Virus record (IMG/VR): IMGVR_UViG_2737471864_000010 | Span: 1 to 41,069 of that record | Origin: a virus | Taxonomy: Duplodnaviria > Heunggongvirae > Uroviricota > Caudoviricetes | Length of the DNA stretch: 41,069 nt | Reading direction: 5' to 3' (one strand) | Part shown: piece after piece, positions 27,931-36,193 of the stretch | Position numbering within the stretch: position 1 is the stretch's first letter | How the letters are laid out: every line of letters starts with the position of its first letter | The notes under the pieces: generated by a model | Seen by the model: only the letters and a program-made list of their open reading frames with translations | The model's database searches: none | What the model was told of the DNA's origin: nothing | Made by a program: the position numbers and the translations under genes

Positions 27931-28475
27931 CGTCTTCCCTTTTTGCCTGGCGTTACCATCAGGACGCCGTTAACTATTACGTGACGCTCGCCTTTGCTGT
28001 CTCGGTTGTACTTGAGCACTGTTCCTCTTGCGCAGGAAAGCATCCTCGCCACTTCGCTCTGATTGCCTCGTGTCTGGATAAGAAGCTCTGGTATCGTTTG
28101 AATTGTGGCGTTCATACGTTCTCCAGGTTCGGTGATTTTTATTCCAAGCCTTCCGCCTGGTACTTTCACACCACGAATTACGCGAATGTCATCGAATTGC
28201 TCGTCGTCTTCCGCAAATCCGGCGTGGATAAGGGAGTCGAGTAAACCTTTCAGGATGTTGTCGAGGTCGCGGCGGCGGGAGTCTGGAACGTCTGCAATGA
28301 CTTTGATGCGGAGTCGTGATTTGGTGAAAATGTCTAACTTGAGTTGCCGGATTATTTGCTGTACGTCTTTTCGGTATTTCTGGCCTTTATCGCTTATGTA
28401 ATATTGGCTTCCCCGTCTTCGCCAGTAGGTATTCAGCGACGGTGGGTACGGAAGTGTGAATCTGTATTCTGCCAT
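27927..28475 (-). CDS. rusA: Holliday-junction resolvase RusA fused in frame to a NinH-like helix-turn-helix domain
   Basis: 182 aa; first ~120 aa show RusA motifs (LPYPPSLNTYW, DVPDSRRRDLDNILKGLLDSL); last ~60 aa (MNATIQTIPELL…GNQSEVARMLSCARGTVLKY…) resemble lambda NinH. Confidence 0.7.
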   Translation of the reverse strand: MAEYRFTLPYPPSLNTYWRRRGSQYYISDKGQKYRKDVQQIIRQLKLDIFTKSRLRIKVIADVPDSRRRDLDNILKGLLDSLIHAGFAEDDEQFDDIRVIRGVKVPGGRLGIKITEPGERMNATIQTIPELLIQTRGNQSEVARMLSCARGTVLKYNRDSKGERHVIVNGVLMVTPGKKGRR

Positions 28476-29000
28476 TTATCCTCTCCCATGATTATGGTGA
28501 TACCCCAATCGTGATTCCGCCAATTTTCTGGCATTAACGGCTAGAGATATGTCATCGTATAATCCAAGAAATATCTTTTTATTATCACTGTTTATATATG
28601 CGCCCCACTTTTTATTCTTCTTATAGTAGGCAACACCCATTACTCCAGAGCGATTATTAATAGGCTTTTTTCTGTTCCTTGAGTTCTGTTTATCATCTAC
28701 AACGCGCAAATTGCATATTCTGTTATCGCTTTTAATTCCATTTATGTGGTCAATTTCCCCATCAGGTTCGCTTCCATAAAATGATATCCATGCGATTCTA
28801 TGAGCTCGACAAACTTTTTTATTTACAGATATACGAACGTATCCTTTTTCATCTATAGAACCAGCAATCTTACCGGCATATGTTGAATTCCAGCACTCTC
28901 TTACACTTTCTCTTCTTTTGTATATAAACAAACCTGTTTCGCTATTATATTCATACAATTCATTGATTTCTTTTTGTGTTGGATATCTTTTACCGTTCAT
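28476..29000 (-). CDS. HNH homing endonuclease with AP2-like domain (paralog 3 of 3)
   Basis: 174 aa; EYNSETG, HRIAW, DHINGIKSDNRICNLR, GVMGV; strongly AT-rich; start and stop abut the neighbouring genes. Confidence 0.75.
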   Translation of the reverse strand: MNGKRYPTQKEINELYEYNSETGLFIYKRRESVRECWNSTYAGKIAGSIDEKGYVRISVNKKVCRAHRIAWISFYGSEPDGEIDHINGIKSDNRICNLRVVDDKQNSRNRKKPINNRSGVMGVAYYKKNKKWGAYINSDNKKIFLGLYDDISLAVNARKLAESRLGYHHNHGRG

Positions 29001-29287
29001 GGCTTAATCTTCCCCTCCTTCAGCAATACCGCCTGCGTCCTGATTACGCCTTCGAGGTGGTAAAGTCTGGCGTCTTTGTTGTCGAGGTTATGGGTGCGTC
29101 GGTCGATCTCCGCGTGGCAGTCACTACAAGCCCATGCGCCGATCAGGTCGTCAGGCTTCATTCCCGTTCCGCAAATTCCAGCCATCCGGTAATGTGCCAG
29201 AACTGTAGTTTCAGGATTGCCATTGCATACGCCGTAAATACGTACCTGGCATTCTCTGCCGCGCGCTTCTTTGCGTAGGTTAGCCAT
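28997..29287 (-). CDS. ybcO: YbcO-like DUF1364 protein (putative Zn-binding nuclease)
   Basis: 96 aa MANLRKEARGRECQVRIYGVCNGNPETTVLAHY…CSDCHAEIDRR…, matching DLP12 YbcO as recalled. Confidence 0.7.
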   Translation of the reverse strand: MANLRKEARGRECQVRIYGVCNGNPETTVLAHYRMAGICGTGMKPDDLIGAWACSDCHAEIDRRTHNLDNKDARLYHLEGVIRTQAVLLKEGKIKP

Positions 29288-29556
29288 TATGGTTCACTCC
29301 AGTAATTCTCAATTGCAGCAGCCATTCTCTGCATCCACTCAGCCAGCTTTAACGCGGCTTCTCTTTCAGAACCACACTTAGGGAAATCCTTCATTTCCAT
29401 GCTGGCCTTATATGTTCTGAATGCCAGGTCTCCGGTAATAATCAACTCCTGATCAAGCACCGAGCGTTTATTCCGGTGTTGAACGTAATAGACAGATTCA
29501 GTCCGCATTTCTTCTCTGTCTTTTTTGAAGGAAATAAGCTCAGAGAAATCACTCAT
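29287..29556 (-). CDS. Hypothetical nin-region protein
   Basis: 89-aa ORF; stop overlaps the ybcO start; no family recognised. Confidence 0.45.
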   Translation of the reverse strand: MSDFSELISFKKDREEMRTESVYYVQHRNKRSVLDQELIITGDLAFRTYKASMEMKDFPKCGSEREAALKLAEWMQRMAAAIENYWSEP

Positions 29557-29719
29557 CGTTTTCTTCCTCGTACATTGAACTATTCGGATCGCTCATCAGT
29601 TCTGCGCAGCAATCTGAGCACACGTGAACTTCCAGCACATGCAGCTTCTGACCGCAGTTAGCGCACGTTAAAGCCCGCTCGACGCTTTCTTGTTCGTAAC
29701 TTCGATTTGGGTCAATCAC
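29549..29719 (-). CDS. ninD: NinD-like zinc-ribbon protein (GTG start, below track cutoff)
   Basis: Hand-called 56 aa …[33 protein letters not shown]… resembling lambda NinD; GAGGA site upstream; coordinates set by overlap with neighbours. Confidence 0.55.
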   Translation of the reverse strand: MIDPNRSYEQESVERALTCANCGQKLHVLEVHVCSDCCAELMSDPNSSMYEEENDE

Positions 29720-29898
29720 CTTGTTTTCCTCGCACGTTCTCTAAGCCACCGGATATCCCACAGGTGAGCCGTGTAGTTGAAGGTTTTTACGTCAGATTCT
29801 TTTGGGATTGGCTTGCGTTTATTTCTGGAGCGTTTCGTTGGAAGGTATTTGCAGTTTTCGCAGATTATGTCGGTGATGCTTCGTCGCTGTCGTCTCAT
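29716..29898 (-). CDS. ninE: NinE
   Basis: Track ORF 29716..29943 trimmed to the ATG that overlaps the ninB stop; [52 protein letters not shown]… matches lambda NinE as recalled. Confidence 0.7.
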   Translation of the reverse strand: MRRQRRSITDIICENCKYLPTKRSRNKRKPIPKESDVKTFNYTAHLWDIRWLRERARKTR

Positions 29899-30317
29899 TC
29901 GTACCTCCTGTCGGTAAATCTGACACCCTGACCAATAGCCCATGCTGTCGTGTACTCAATCAGGCTTGCCATGCGCTTCACGCTCATCTGCGCGCTACTT
30001 TCGCGAATGTTGACGTATTCGCCTTCAAGCCCGGGCAAAACATCAGCTTCCTGCTTTGTTGCCACTGCATGACCGCTTATCAACAAAACCTTCCATTGTT
30101 CTGGTTTTAACCATTTGCCGCACCATTGAACCTGACTTGCGATATCCGCCAGCATCGCGTGAAATTTTGCGTTCTGGTCAAGGTTGCGCTTGTAGTCAGT
30201 AATGCGGATGGTAACTGGCTTGTCTTTATCGAGTGGTGTTGCGAGGATGGCGGTGATTGCGGCTTGCTGTTGTTGCTTACTCCTGAGGAAAATTGTCTGT
30301 TTCATGGAATTCCTCAA
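29895..30317 (-). CDS. ninB: NinB/Orf-family recombination mediator
   Basis: 140 aa with the NinB-type central block …[32 protein letters not shown]…. Confidence 0.7.
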   Translation of the reverse strand: MRNSMKQTIFLRSKQQQQAAITAILATPLDKDKPVTIRITDYKRNLDQNAKFHAMLADIASQVQWCGKWLKPEQWKVLLISGHAVATKQEADVLPGLEGEYVNIRESSAQMSVKRMASLIEYTTAWAIGQGVRFTDRRYE

Positions 30318-30526
30318 TATGTGTAAAGGCTATATCCGTTTTTATTTGTCCTGGTGCCATAGCCATATAGGCTCCAGTCATCCTGTTTTCTCTCACCAAA
30401 AATATGCTTGCGGTATTCTTCCTGCTGGCGTCTCCATATTTCCATCATGTCTGGCTGGTTCTTTTCTCGCATTTTTCGAATCTGCTCAAGGATGAACTCT
30501 ATTTGCTGCTGATTTGTCATGCTCAC
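30314..30526 (-). CDS. Hypothetical protein
   Basis: 70-aa ORF translationally coupled to ninB. Confidence 0.4.
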   Translation of the reverse strand: MSMTNQQQIEFILEQIRKMREKNQPDMMEIWRRQQEEYRKHIFGERKQDDWSLYGYGTRTNKNGYSLYTY

Positions 30527-30530
30527 TCCT

Positions 30531-30746
30531 TTACTTTAAATCCAGACTCCGAATAATTCTGTTGCGCTGAAACTCATTGTTGAGTTTGGACAACCGTCGA
30601 AGAACACGGTCACGCGGATAGCGTCGTGCAGCAGGTGAATGCTCATACAACTCATCAATCGGCAAACTGGACGATGAACGATACCGATACCAACGCACCA
30701 ACTCTTCACGAAAATTAGCCCTGACAAGCTCAGCTATCGTACTCAT
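30531..30746 (-). CDS. Hypothetical protein
   Basis: 71-aa ORF with a GGAGG ribosome-binding site. Confidence 0.4.
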   Translation of the reverse strand: MSTIAELVRANFREELVRWYRYRSSSSLPIDELYEHSPAARRYPRDRVLRRLSKLNNEFQRNRIIRSLDLK

Positions 30747-30775
30747 TTCTTAAAGCCTCCAATTCCCTCTCCCCC

Positions 30776-30806
30776 AAATAAAAAGGCCTGCGATTACCAG
30801 CAGGCC
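30776..30806 (-). terminator. Intrinsic terminator downstream of the primase-helicase gene (tR2-like position)
   Basis: Minus strand GGCCTGC-TGGTAATC-GCAGGCC followed by TTTTTATTT. Confidence 0.55.
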
Positions 30807-30836
30807 TGTTATTAGCTCAGTGATGTAGATGGTCAT

Positions 30837-32717
30837 TTAATACTCCGTCACGTTTTCCTGTCGCCACGCCTCGTCATATTCCGATTTCGGCATATTGGCG
30901 ATGTAGCTATATGGCGATCCTGATTCAAGTTGCAGGAACTGGTGCGATTGCTCGTCAAGGAACAACGGGACACCACCCTCCCAACCTTCGCCGTTACGTT
31001 GTTTTTCAAGCATCAAAACAGATGCCGGAGATGCCAGTAGCTGTTCGTCCTTCTCTGACATCTTTTCACCACTCTGAACTCTCTGTAACGCTCTCTCGCG
31101 AGCCTTGTTACGCCAGATGATGAAAAGGTTGTCTGTCAGGTCTGTTATCGCTCCAGAGCCTTTTACGTCCATTTTCCCGGTTGGTTTTTCTTCGCTGTCT
31201 CCTTTTCGCGAGTGAGTAACGAGAATGACGTGGGAGTTTGTTTTGTTTTTGAAGTCGCAAATCGAGTCAACAAACGCCTTCTGCCCGTTATAGTCATCGT
31301 CGCCTATGCCACATTTCATCAGGCTGTCGATGATGAATAACTGGATCCCGTATCGGCGGCGAGCGTAGTCGAATATTTCGATCAGCCTGTCGGCTTTCGC
31401 CGTTCCGGTCAGGCCAAACACCCAAAGTCTTTCGTCATAAAATTTAAATGCAGAGTCAATTTCCAGCACTGGCGGCATCTTGCAGCACGTCGCCTGACGG
31501 GTAAGTCGCTTAAGGAGAATGCCTGGCTTCAGCTCAAGTGACGCGATGCACGTCTTCACACCCTGACGCATTGCCTCAAGTGCCATATGCCCGACAACCT
31601 CCGTTTTTCCGTGACCGTTCACACCATTGACCAGCGTCAACTCTGCCTCACGGAACTGGAATTTATCTGCCAGAGATTCCCACGGTGGATTAAACAGATA
31701 CTGCTGCTTGCCGTAGAAAGCGTTGATAGTGTCCTGGTAAAACTCTCGCGCACTGTAGAGTTCTTCAGGATCGAAGTAGGATGCCGTGCCGATGTACTGC
31801 CAGATTTCATCCTCGGTAACACCGTTCATCAGGCATTCGTTGATGTCTTTGTACGGCAGAGTAACAAGACGGCAACGATGTTCACCGAGTCGGCTTGCGA
31901 TTTCCCTTGCGGCTTCACGACCAACATCATCAACATCCATCGAGATGAATATTTCCTCAAACCTGTCGAGGTTGTGATACTCAAACTCAATCCACTGTTG
32001 CTTAGCGCCTTTCCCGCCACCAAACGGCACGGATAACGCCGAGATGCCGTATTGCGCATAGCTCATACAATCAATTTCGCCTTCGCAAAGTACAACCGCC
32101 CTCACGCCAGCGTCCAGAGCCTGCCATCCGAACAGACAAGGTTCGCAATCACCTTCTGCCATAATGACTTTCTTCCCGTCCGGGCGCTCAGTGCTGATTC
32201 GCTTGACCTGCAACAACTCACCATCGCGTTTGTACGGAAGCACCAGAGCATCCAGTTCCCGCTCTCCATTCCACACCTTGCCGCTGACAACCTCGTAGCG
32301 CTTTACGATTTCTGGCGATATGCCACGCGATTGCAGGTACTCAAGATGGGATTCTGTTCTGGTAACGTAGCGGGAGATTTTCTTGCGATCAGGTCTGGAG
32401 AATTTCTTCTCACGTTTGGCATCGAAATGGTGATCGTCATCCTTGATACCGAGAAATGCTTTCGCTTCCTGCATAGCCTGATGCAGGTTAATTCCTCGAC
32501 ATGCCATCCACAAATCAAGCATGTCACCGCCGTCTCCCTCAGCGAAATCAGCCCATTTTTTCTTGCCGCTAAGGTTGACCTTAAGGCTGTTTCCCTTGTC
32601 ACCGTTGACGTTACCGGCAACCCACTCATGCCCCTCTTTCTTGCCGTTTGGCAACAGGTGCGGAGCCACCCTGTCAACCTGCGCCCAAAGCAGGTCGCTG
32701 AGTTCACTTGGCCTCAT
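30837..32717 (-). CDS. Bifunctional DNA primase-helicase (Toprim primase domain plus SF4 DnaB/gp4-like helicase domain)
   Basis: 626 aa; central acidic Toprim-like region (…VVLCEGEIDCMSYAQ…DVDDVGREAA…); Walker A GVNGHGKT and Walker B-like LFIIDSL in the C-terminal half. Confidence 0.8.
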   Translation of the reverse strand: MRPSELSDLLWAQVDRVAPHLLPNGKKEGHEWVAGNVNGDKGNSLKVNLSGKKKWADFAEGDGGDMLDLWMACRGINLHQAMQEAKAFLGIKDDDHHFDAKREKKFSRPDRKKISRYVTRTESHLEYLQSRGISPEIVKRYEVVSGKVWNGERELDALVLPYKRDGELLQVKRISTERPDGKKVIMAEGDCEPCLFGWQALDAGVRAVVLCEGEIDCMSYAQYGISALSVPFGGGKGAKQQWIEFEYHNLDRFEEIFISMDVDDVGREAAREIASRLGEHRCRLVTLPYKDINECLMNGVTEDEIWQYIGTASYFDPEELYSAREFYQDTINAFYGKQQYLFNPPWESLADKFQFREAELTLVNGVNGHGKTEVVGHMALEAMRQGVKTCIASLELKPGILLKRLTRQATCCKMPPVLEIDSAFKFYDERLWVFGLTGTAKADRLIEIFDYARRRYGIQLFIIDSLMKCGIGDDDYNGQKAFVDSICDFKNKTNSHVILVTHSRKGDSEEKPTGKMDVKGSGAITDLTDNLFIIWRNKARERALQRVQSGEKMSEKDEQLLASPASVLMLEKQRNGEGWEGGVPLFLDEQSHQFLQLESGSPYSYIANMPKSEYDEAWRQENVTEY

Positions 32718-32824
32718 GATTCCCTCAGATTGAGATTTTTAAACCAGAAATCGACAAACGAAATACTTAACCAGCCGTGGTTATAACCAGCGACCAGTAG
32801 CGATTTGATTTTTGATTTCATGGT

Positions 32825-33685
32825 TCACCTGTCGAAAAACACGTAGCCAGTTTTCGATACGGTGATTGCGGATGATGGTTTGGATTGTGGTTGAATGGTT
32901 TCTGGCTTTTCGTCGTTCCAGCGCTGACCGTTCAGGTAGCTCGATGGTAACAACCTGTCGAATCCGAACTGCTTACCATTCCTGCATGCGATGTCTTCTG
33001 CCAGCATCGTGGCAAACTCTCTTGCCGTACCCCTGGTAGTTTTACGCCATTCCCTGAACTGTGTTCTGAATGCCGAAGCTGCGTTTTTCTTCCCGGCTTT
33101 CCGCATGCCTGCACACCAGAATATTTCCTCGAATGCCTTGTCGGTTTCTTCGTGACGGTCAGATGATTTTTCACACTCCGTCCGAACACTTTCGGACATA
33201 GTGTTTTTATTATTTCTTTTTTCTTTTGTAATAGTTTCTTTTGTGTGTCCCTGTTTTGGTGACAGCGCTGTCACCGTTTTGGTGACACTTTTTGTCACCA
33301 ATGCAGTGACATTATCACCAGAGTAGTGACACCCTTCGATTTGCCATTCTTCGATGTTCTTGTTAGGCCCGATTTGCTGGCCTTCGCGAAGGATAACCTT
33401 CATCGCGATAAGCTCATTCTTGGCCTTGTTTACCTTCTGTCTTGGCAGCCTGGTAATTTGAGCTAACTGACTATCAGAGATGCGATCCATCTTTTTACCG
33501 TAGCCGTATGTTTTACGGCATATGGCGTGGGCAACCTTGCTCTGATTTTTCGTTAAATCTGCGCCGATAAGCTCTTCATACAGGGCATTTGCAAGACGGG
33601 TATAACCATCTTCAACTTCTGCCACACGACGCTCCACAGGCCGTTGTGAAGGCCTTAAATGTGTTACGGTTGCAAGATTACTCAT
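32825..33685 (-). CDS. Replication initiator with lambda O-like N-terminal origin-binding domain
   Basis: 286 aa; N-terminus …[56 protein letters not shown]… parallels lambda O; iteron-like repeats lie inside the coding sequence. Confidence 0.75.
   Translation of the reverse strand: MSNLATVTHLRPSQRPVERRVAEVEDGYTRLANALYEELIGADLTKNQSKVAHAICRKTYGYGKKMDRISDSQLAQITRLPRQKVNKAKNELIAMKVILREGQQIGPNKNIEEWQIEGCHYSGDNVTALVTKSVTKTVTALSPKQGHTKETITKEKRNNKNTMSESVRTECEKSSDRHEETDKAFEEIFWCAGMRKAGKKNAASAFRTQFREWRKTTRGTAREFATMLAEDIACRNGKQFGFDRLLPSSYLNGQRWNDEKPETIQPQSKPSSAITVSKTGYVFFDR
33258..33334. repeat. Origin-like iteron array inside the initiator gene, followed by an AT-rich tract
   Basis: Reiterated GGTGACA/TGTCACC-type inverted repeats at roughly 20-bp spacing; AT-rich run at about 33205-33250 on the side toward the initiator C-terminus. 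Confidence 0.65.
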
Positions 33686-33856
33686 GACCTTTCTCCTTCT
33701 GCATCAGCTTCACTTTTTCCAACTCAGCCCGGAATCGACCAGGCTGCTTGAAGCTGGACAGGAAGCGATCACGTAGTATGTGTTTGTGAATTTTGTCCTG
33801 GTAAGGACTGAGTTGTTTTGTCATAATTACTCCCGTGGATTGATCCAGTAATTCCC

Positions 33857-34153
33857 TCAGAATTGCATATCAATTTGCTTAAAATCCTCGGTGGCGGCCG
33901 GGGATTTTTTCTTTGTGAGTCCATCAAGCGCATACTTAAAAGCCCTGCTAATCGGACTGATGTCTGATGCCATTCCGAAAGCACACAAGACCGAAGCAAT
34001 AAATCTCCAGTCCGTTCTGCTTATCTTCGATTCATGACAGCCAATCATCTTTGCCAGACCGCGCTGGGTAAGCGTTGACAGGTTGATGAGTAAATCAGTT
34101 TCAGCGCGATCAATTTCTCGCTGTGTTGGCTTGCTGTAACTTGTTTGTGTCAT
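33857..34153 (-). CDS. cII: CII-like transcriptional activator
   Basis: 98 aa; helix-turn-helix [15 protein letters not shown] and C-terminal [18 protein letters not shown] parallel lambda CII. Confidence 0.7.
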   Translation of the reverse strand: MTQTSYSKPTQREIDRAETDLLINLSTLTQRGLAKMIGCHESKISRTDWRFIASVLCAFGMASDISPISRAFKYALDGLTKKKSPAATEDFKQIDMQF

Positions 34154-34274
34154 TTCTTACTATCTCCATAGGTAAATAATTTGGGTTTTTATCGTGCACC
34201 ATTGACAGTCATCCTTGACCACGCCGGGCACCCGACCGTATACCGGGCCGTTCGGTACTAAAAGTACATTTTTA

Positions 34275-34505
34275 TTACATAACAAACTGCTGTTTACCGA
34301 TACGGCGAATCTGTGCTGCTGAGTACTTGCCGCCTGATGCCTTGGCGATCTTATCCGCATATTCGGTTTCACCAGTGAACTCGGTACGCGGCAGAGAACC
34401 ACGCTCAAGCCACTTATAGATGGCTTTTGGCGTAAGTCCACAAACATCAGCCACAACAGAAACTCGAACGGATTTGATAACTTCTCCAAACGTAACTTCG
34501 TTCAT
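34275..34505 (-). CDS. cro: Cro-like helix-turn-helix repressor
   Basis: 76 aa, divergent from cI, AGGAGA site 6 nt upstream; helix-turn-helix VADVCGLTPKAIYKWLERG. Confidence 0.6.
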   Translation of the reverse strand: MNEVTFGEVIKSVRVSVVADVCGLTPKAIYKWLERGSLPRTEFTGETEYADKIAKASGGKYSAAQIRRIGKQQFVM

Positions 34506-34520
34506 GCTTCTCTCCTGCGG

Positions 34521-34592
34521 TGAACTTATGGTTCATATTATGACGGAACTGATAGTACAGTCAATACCTAATATAGTTGAACTTATGGTTCA
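34521..34592. promoter_or_regulatory. Immunity control region: two copies of a 15-bp operator palindrome TGAACTTATGGTTCA, PR for cro, and PRM-like promoter for cI
   Basis: Operator copies at about 34521-34535 and 34578-34592; minus-strand PR -35 TTGACT and -10 ATAATA with a 17-bp spacer; plus-strand TAATAT 10 nt before the cI ATG. Confidence 0.6.
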
Positions 34593-35292
34593 ACAGAAAG
34601 AGCGTGAAACTTTCTCGCAGAGGCTTGCGCTGGCCTGTGATAAAGCGGGATTACCTTTGCATGGTAGGCAGGCTGATTTAGCTGTCAGGCTTAAGGTCAC
34701 ACCAAAAGCCATTAGTAAATGGTTCAACGGGGAGTCAATACCAAGAAAAGACAAGATGGAATCTCTGGCTTCGGTGCTGGGAACTACTGCTGCATATCTG
34801 CATGGCTATGCTGATGATGACGGTATCACGGTAAATCATCTATCAAGATCAAATGATTATTATCGTGTTGATGTATTGGATGTTCAGGCGAGCGCCGGGC
34901 CAGGAACCATGGTTTCCAATGAATTTATAGAAAAGATAAGAGCAATTGAATATACGACCGAGCAGGCAAGAATTTTATTTAATGGAAGGCCACAGGAAAG
35001 CGTAAAAGTCATCACGGTTCGCGGTGACAGCATGGAGGGAACCATCAATCCGGGAGATGAGATCTTTGTTGATGTATCCATAACCTGTTTTGATGGCGAT
35101 GGCATTTATGTGTTTGTATACGGGAAAACAATGCACGTTAAGCGCCTGCAAATGCAAAAGAACAGGCTTGCCGTCATCTCTGACAATGCCGCTTATGATC
35201 GATGGTACATAGAAGAAGGTGAAGAAGAGCAACTTCACATTCTAGCCAAAGTCCTCATTAGGCAGTCAATCGATTACAAGCGATTCGGATAA
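34585..35292 (+). CDS. cI: CI-type prophage repressor (N-terminal helix-turn-helix, C-terminal S24 LexA-like autopeptidase domain)
   Basis: Track ORF 34420..35292 trimmed to the ATG at 34585 because the longer form overlaps cro and the promoter; helix-turn-helix QADLAVRLKVTPKAISKWFNG; S24 Ser motif VRGDSMEG and Lys in GKTMHVKRLQ. Confidence 0.85.
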   Translation: MVQQKERETFSQRLALACDKAGLPLHGRQADLAVRLKVTPKAISKWFNGESIPRKDKMESLASVLGTTAAYLHGYADDDGITVNHLSRSNDYYRVDVLDVQASAGPGTMVSNEFIEKIRAIEYTTEQARILFNGRPQESVKVITVRGDSMEGTINPGDEIFVDVSITCFDGDGIYVFVYGKTMHVKRLQMQKNRLAVISDNAAYDRWYIEEGEEEQLHILAKVLIRQSIDYKRFG

Positions 35293-35307
35293 AAATAAAT
35301 TTCCTTA

Positions 35308-35342
35308 AAGTTCACTAACTTATGATGTAGTGAGCTTTTTAT
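35308..35342 (+). terminator. Candidate intrinsic terminator just downstream of cI
   Basis: 10-bp stem AAGTTCACTA/TAGTGAGCTT with a 10-nt loop, followed by TTTTTATA. Confidence 0.4.
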
Positions 35343-35644
35343 ACCCATAAAATGTACTATTGGTACTTTACATTAATGAACTTTAAGTACATCATAAGCC
35401 CATAGACGAACGGCGCGTCTTTAAACCATGCGTCGGGAGCGCGGCGGGTTCAGGATGAACGGCAATGCTGCTCATTAGCGAGAAGGCTTTTTTGCTTTTA
35501 GTCACAAAAAGCAAAGCAGCTTTTTGATATAGAAGTCGTTCGAAAAAATAGAAGTATTTATTGCAAAGATTCAAACCCATTAGGAAACAAAATACATGCA
35601 GTCCAAAAAATAAAATTGTACAGTAAACTACCGTACGGTGCTTA

Positions 35645-35989
35645 TTGGGTATGCTTATGGTGAAAAAGACTATTTATGTTAATCCTGACAGCGGACAAAA
35701 CAGAAAAGTATCTGATAGAGGTCTTACATCTCGAGACAGGAGGAGAATAGCGAGATGGGAAAAAAGGATAGCATATGCATTAAAAAACGGTGTAACACCT
35801 GGATTTAATGCTATAGATGACGGTCCTGAATATAAGATTAATGAAGAACCAATGGACAAAGTTGACAAAGCATTAGCAACACCATTTCCTCGCGATGTCG
35901 AAAAAATTGAAGATGAAAAATATGAGGATGTAATGCACAGAGTTGTTAATCACGCTCACCAACGAAATCCAAATAAAAAATGGTCATAG
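35645..35989 (+). CDS. Candidate N-like transcription antiterminator (arginine-rich motif protein); true start uncertain
   Basis: First gene of the early-left operon; arginine-rich segment TSRDRRRIARWEKRIAYA; followed immediately by a strong intrinsic terminator and more same-strand genes. No sequence match to known N proteins recognised. Confidence 0.35.
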   Translation: MGMLMVKKTIYVNPDSGQNRKVSDRGLTSRDRRRIARWEKRIAYALKNGVTPGFNAIDDGPEYKINEEPMDKVDKALATPFPRDVEKIEDEKYEDVMHRVVNHAHQRNPNKKWS

Positions 35990-36012
35990 CCCACTTCGGT
36001 GGGTTTTTTTGT
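35990..36012 (+). terminator. Intrinsic terminator (tL1-like) immediately after the N-like gene
   Basis: CCCAC-TTCG-GTGGG followed by TTTTTTTG. Confidence 0.8.
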
Positions 36013-36193
36013 TGTCTGAACAAACCTAATTTACTACCGCAAGCCACGCAGTGAAATGGGCGTGACTTGTGTTGGTCGCCAGAAAATGAAATTAGGCAGC
36101 AAACCACTTATTTGAGGTGATATATGGAAGAAGAATTTGAAGAGTTCGAAGAGCATCCGCAGGATGTGATGGAACAATACCAGGACTATCCGT

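Noticed and set aside
33769-33999. 76-aa track ORF overlapping cII in another frame
   Set aside because: Lies inside the well-supported cII gene; low-complexity translation with no ribosome-binding site.
34160-34489. 109-aa track ORF overlapping cro in another frame
   Set aside because: Overlaps the cro gene and the cII-cro intergenic region on the same strand; no ribosome-binding site; inconsistent with the conserved immunity-region layout.
34420-34584. Long N-terminal extension of cI given by the ORF track
   Set aside because: It overlaps the cro coding sequence and both operator copies; the helix-turn-helix begins shortly after the ATG at 34585, consistent with a lambda-like leaderless cI.
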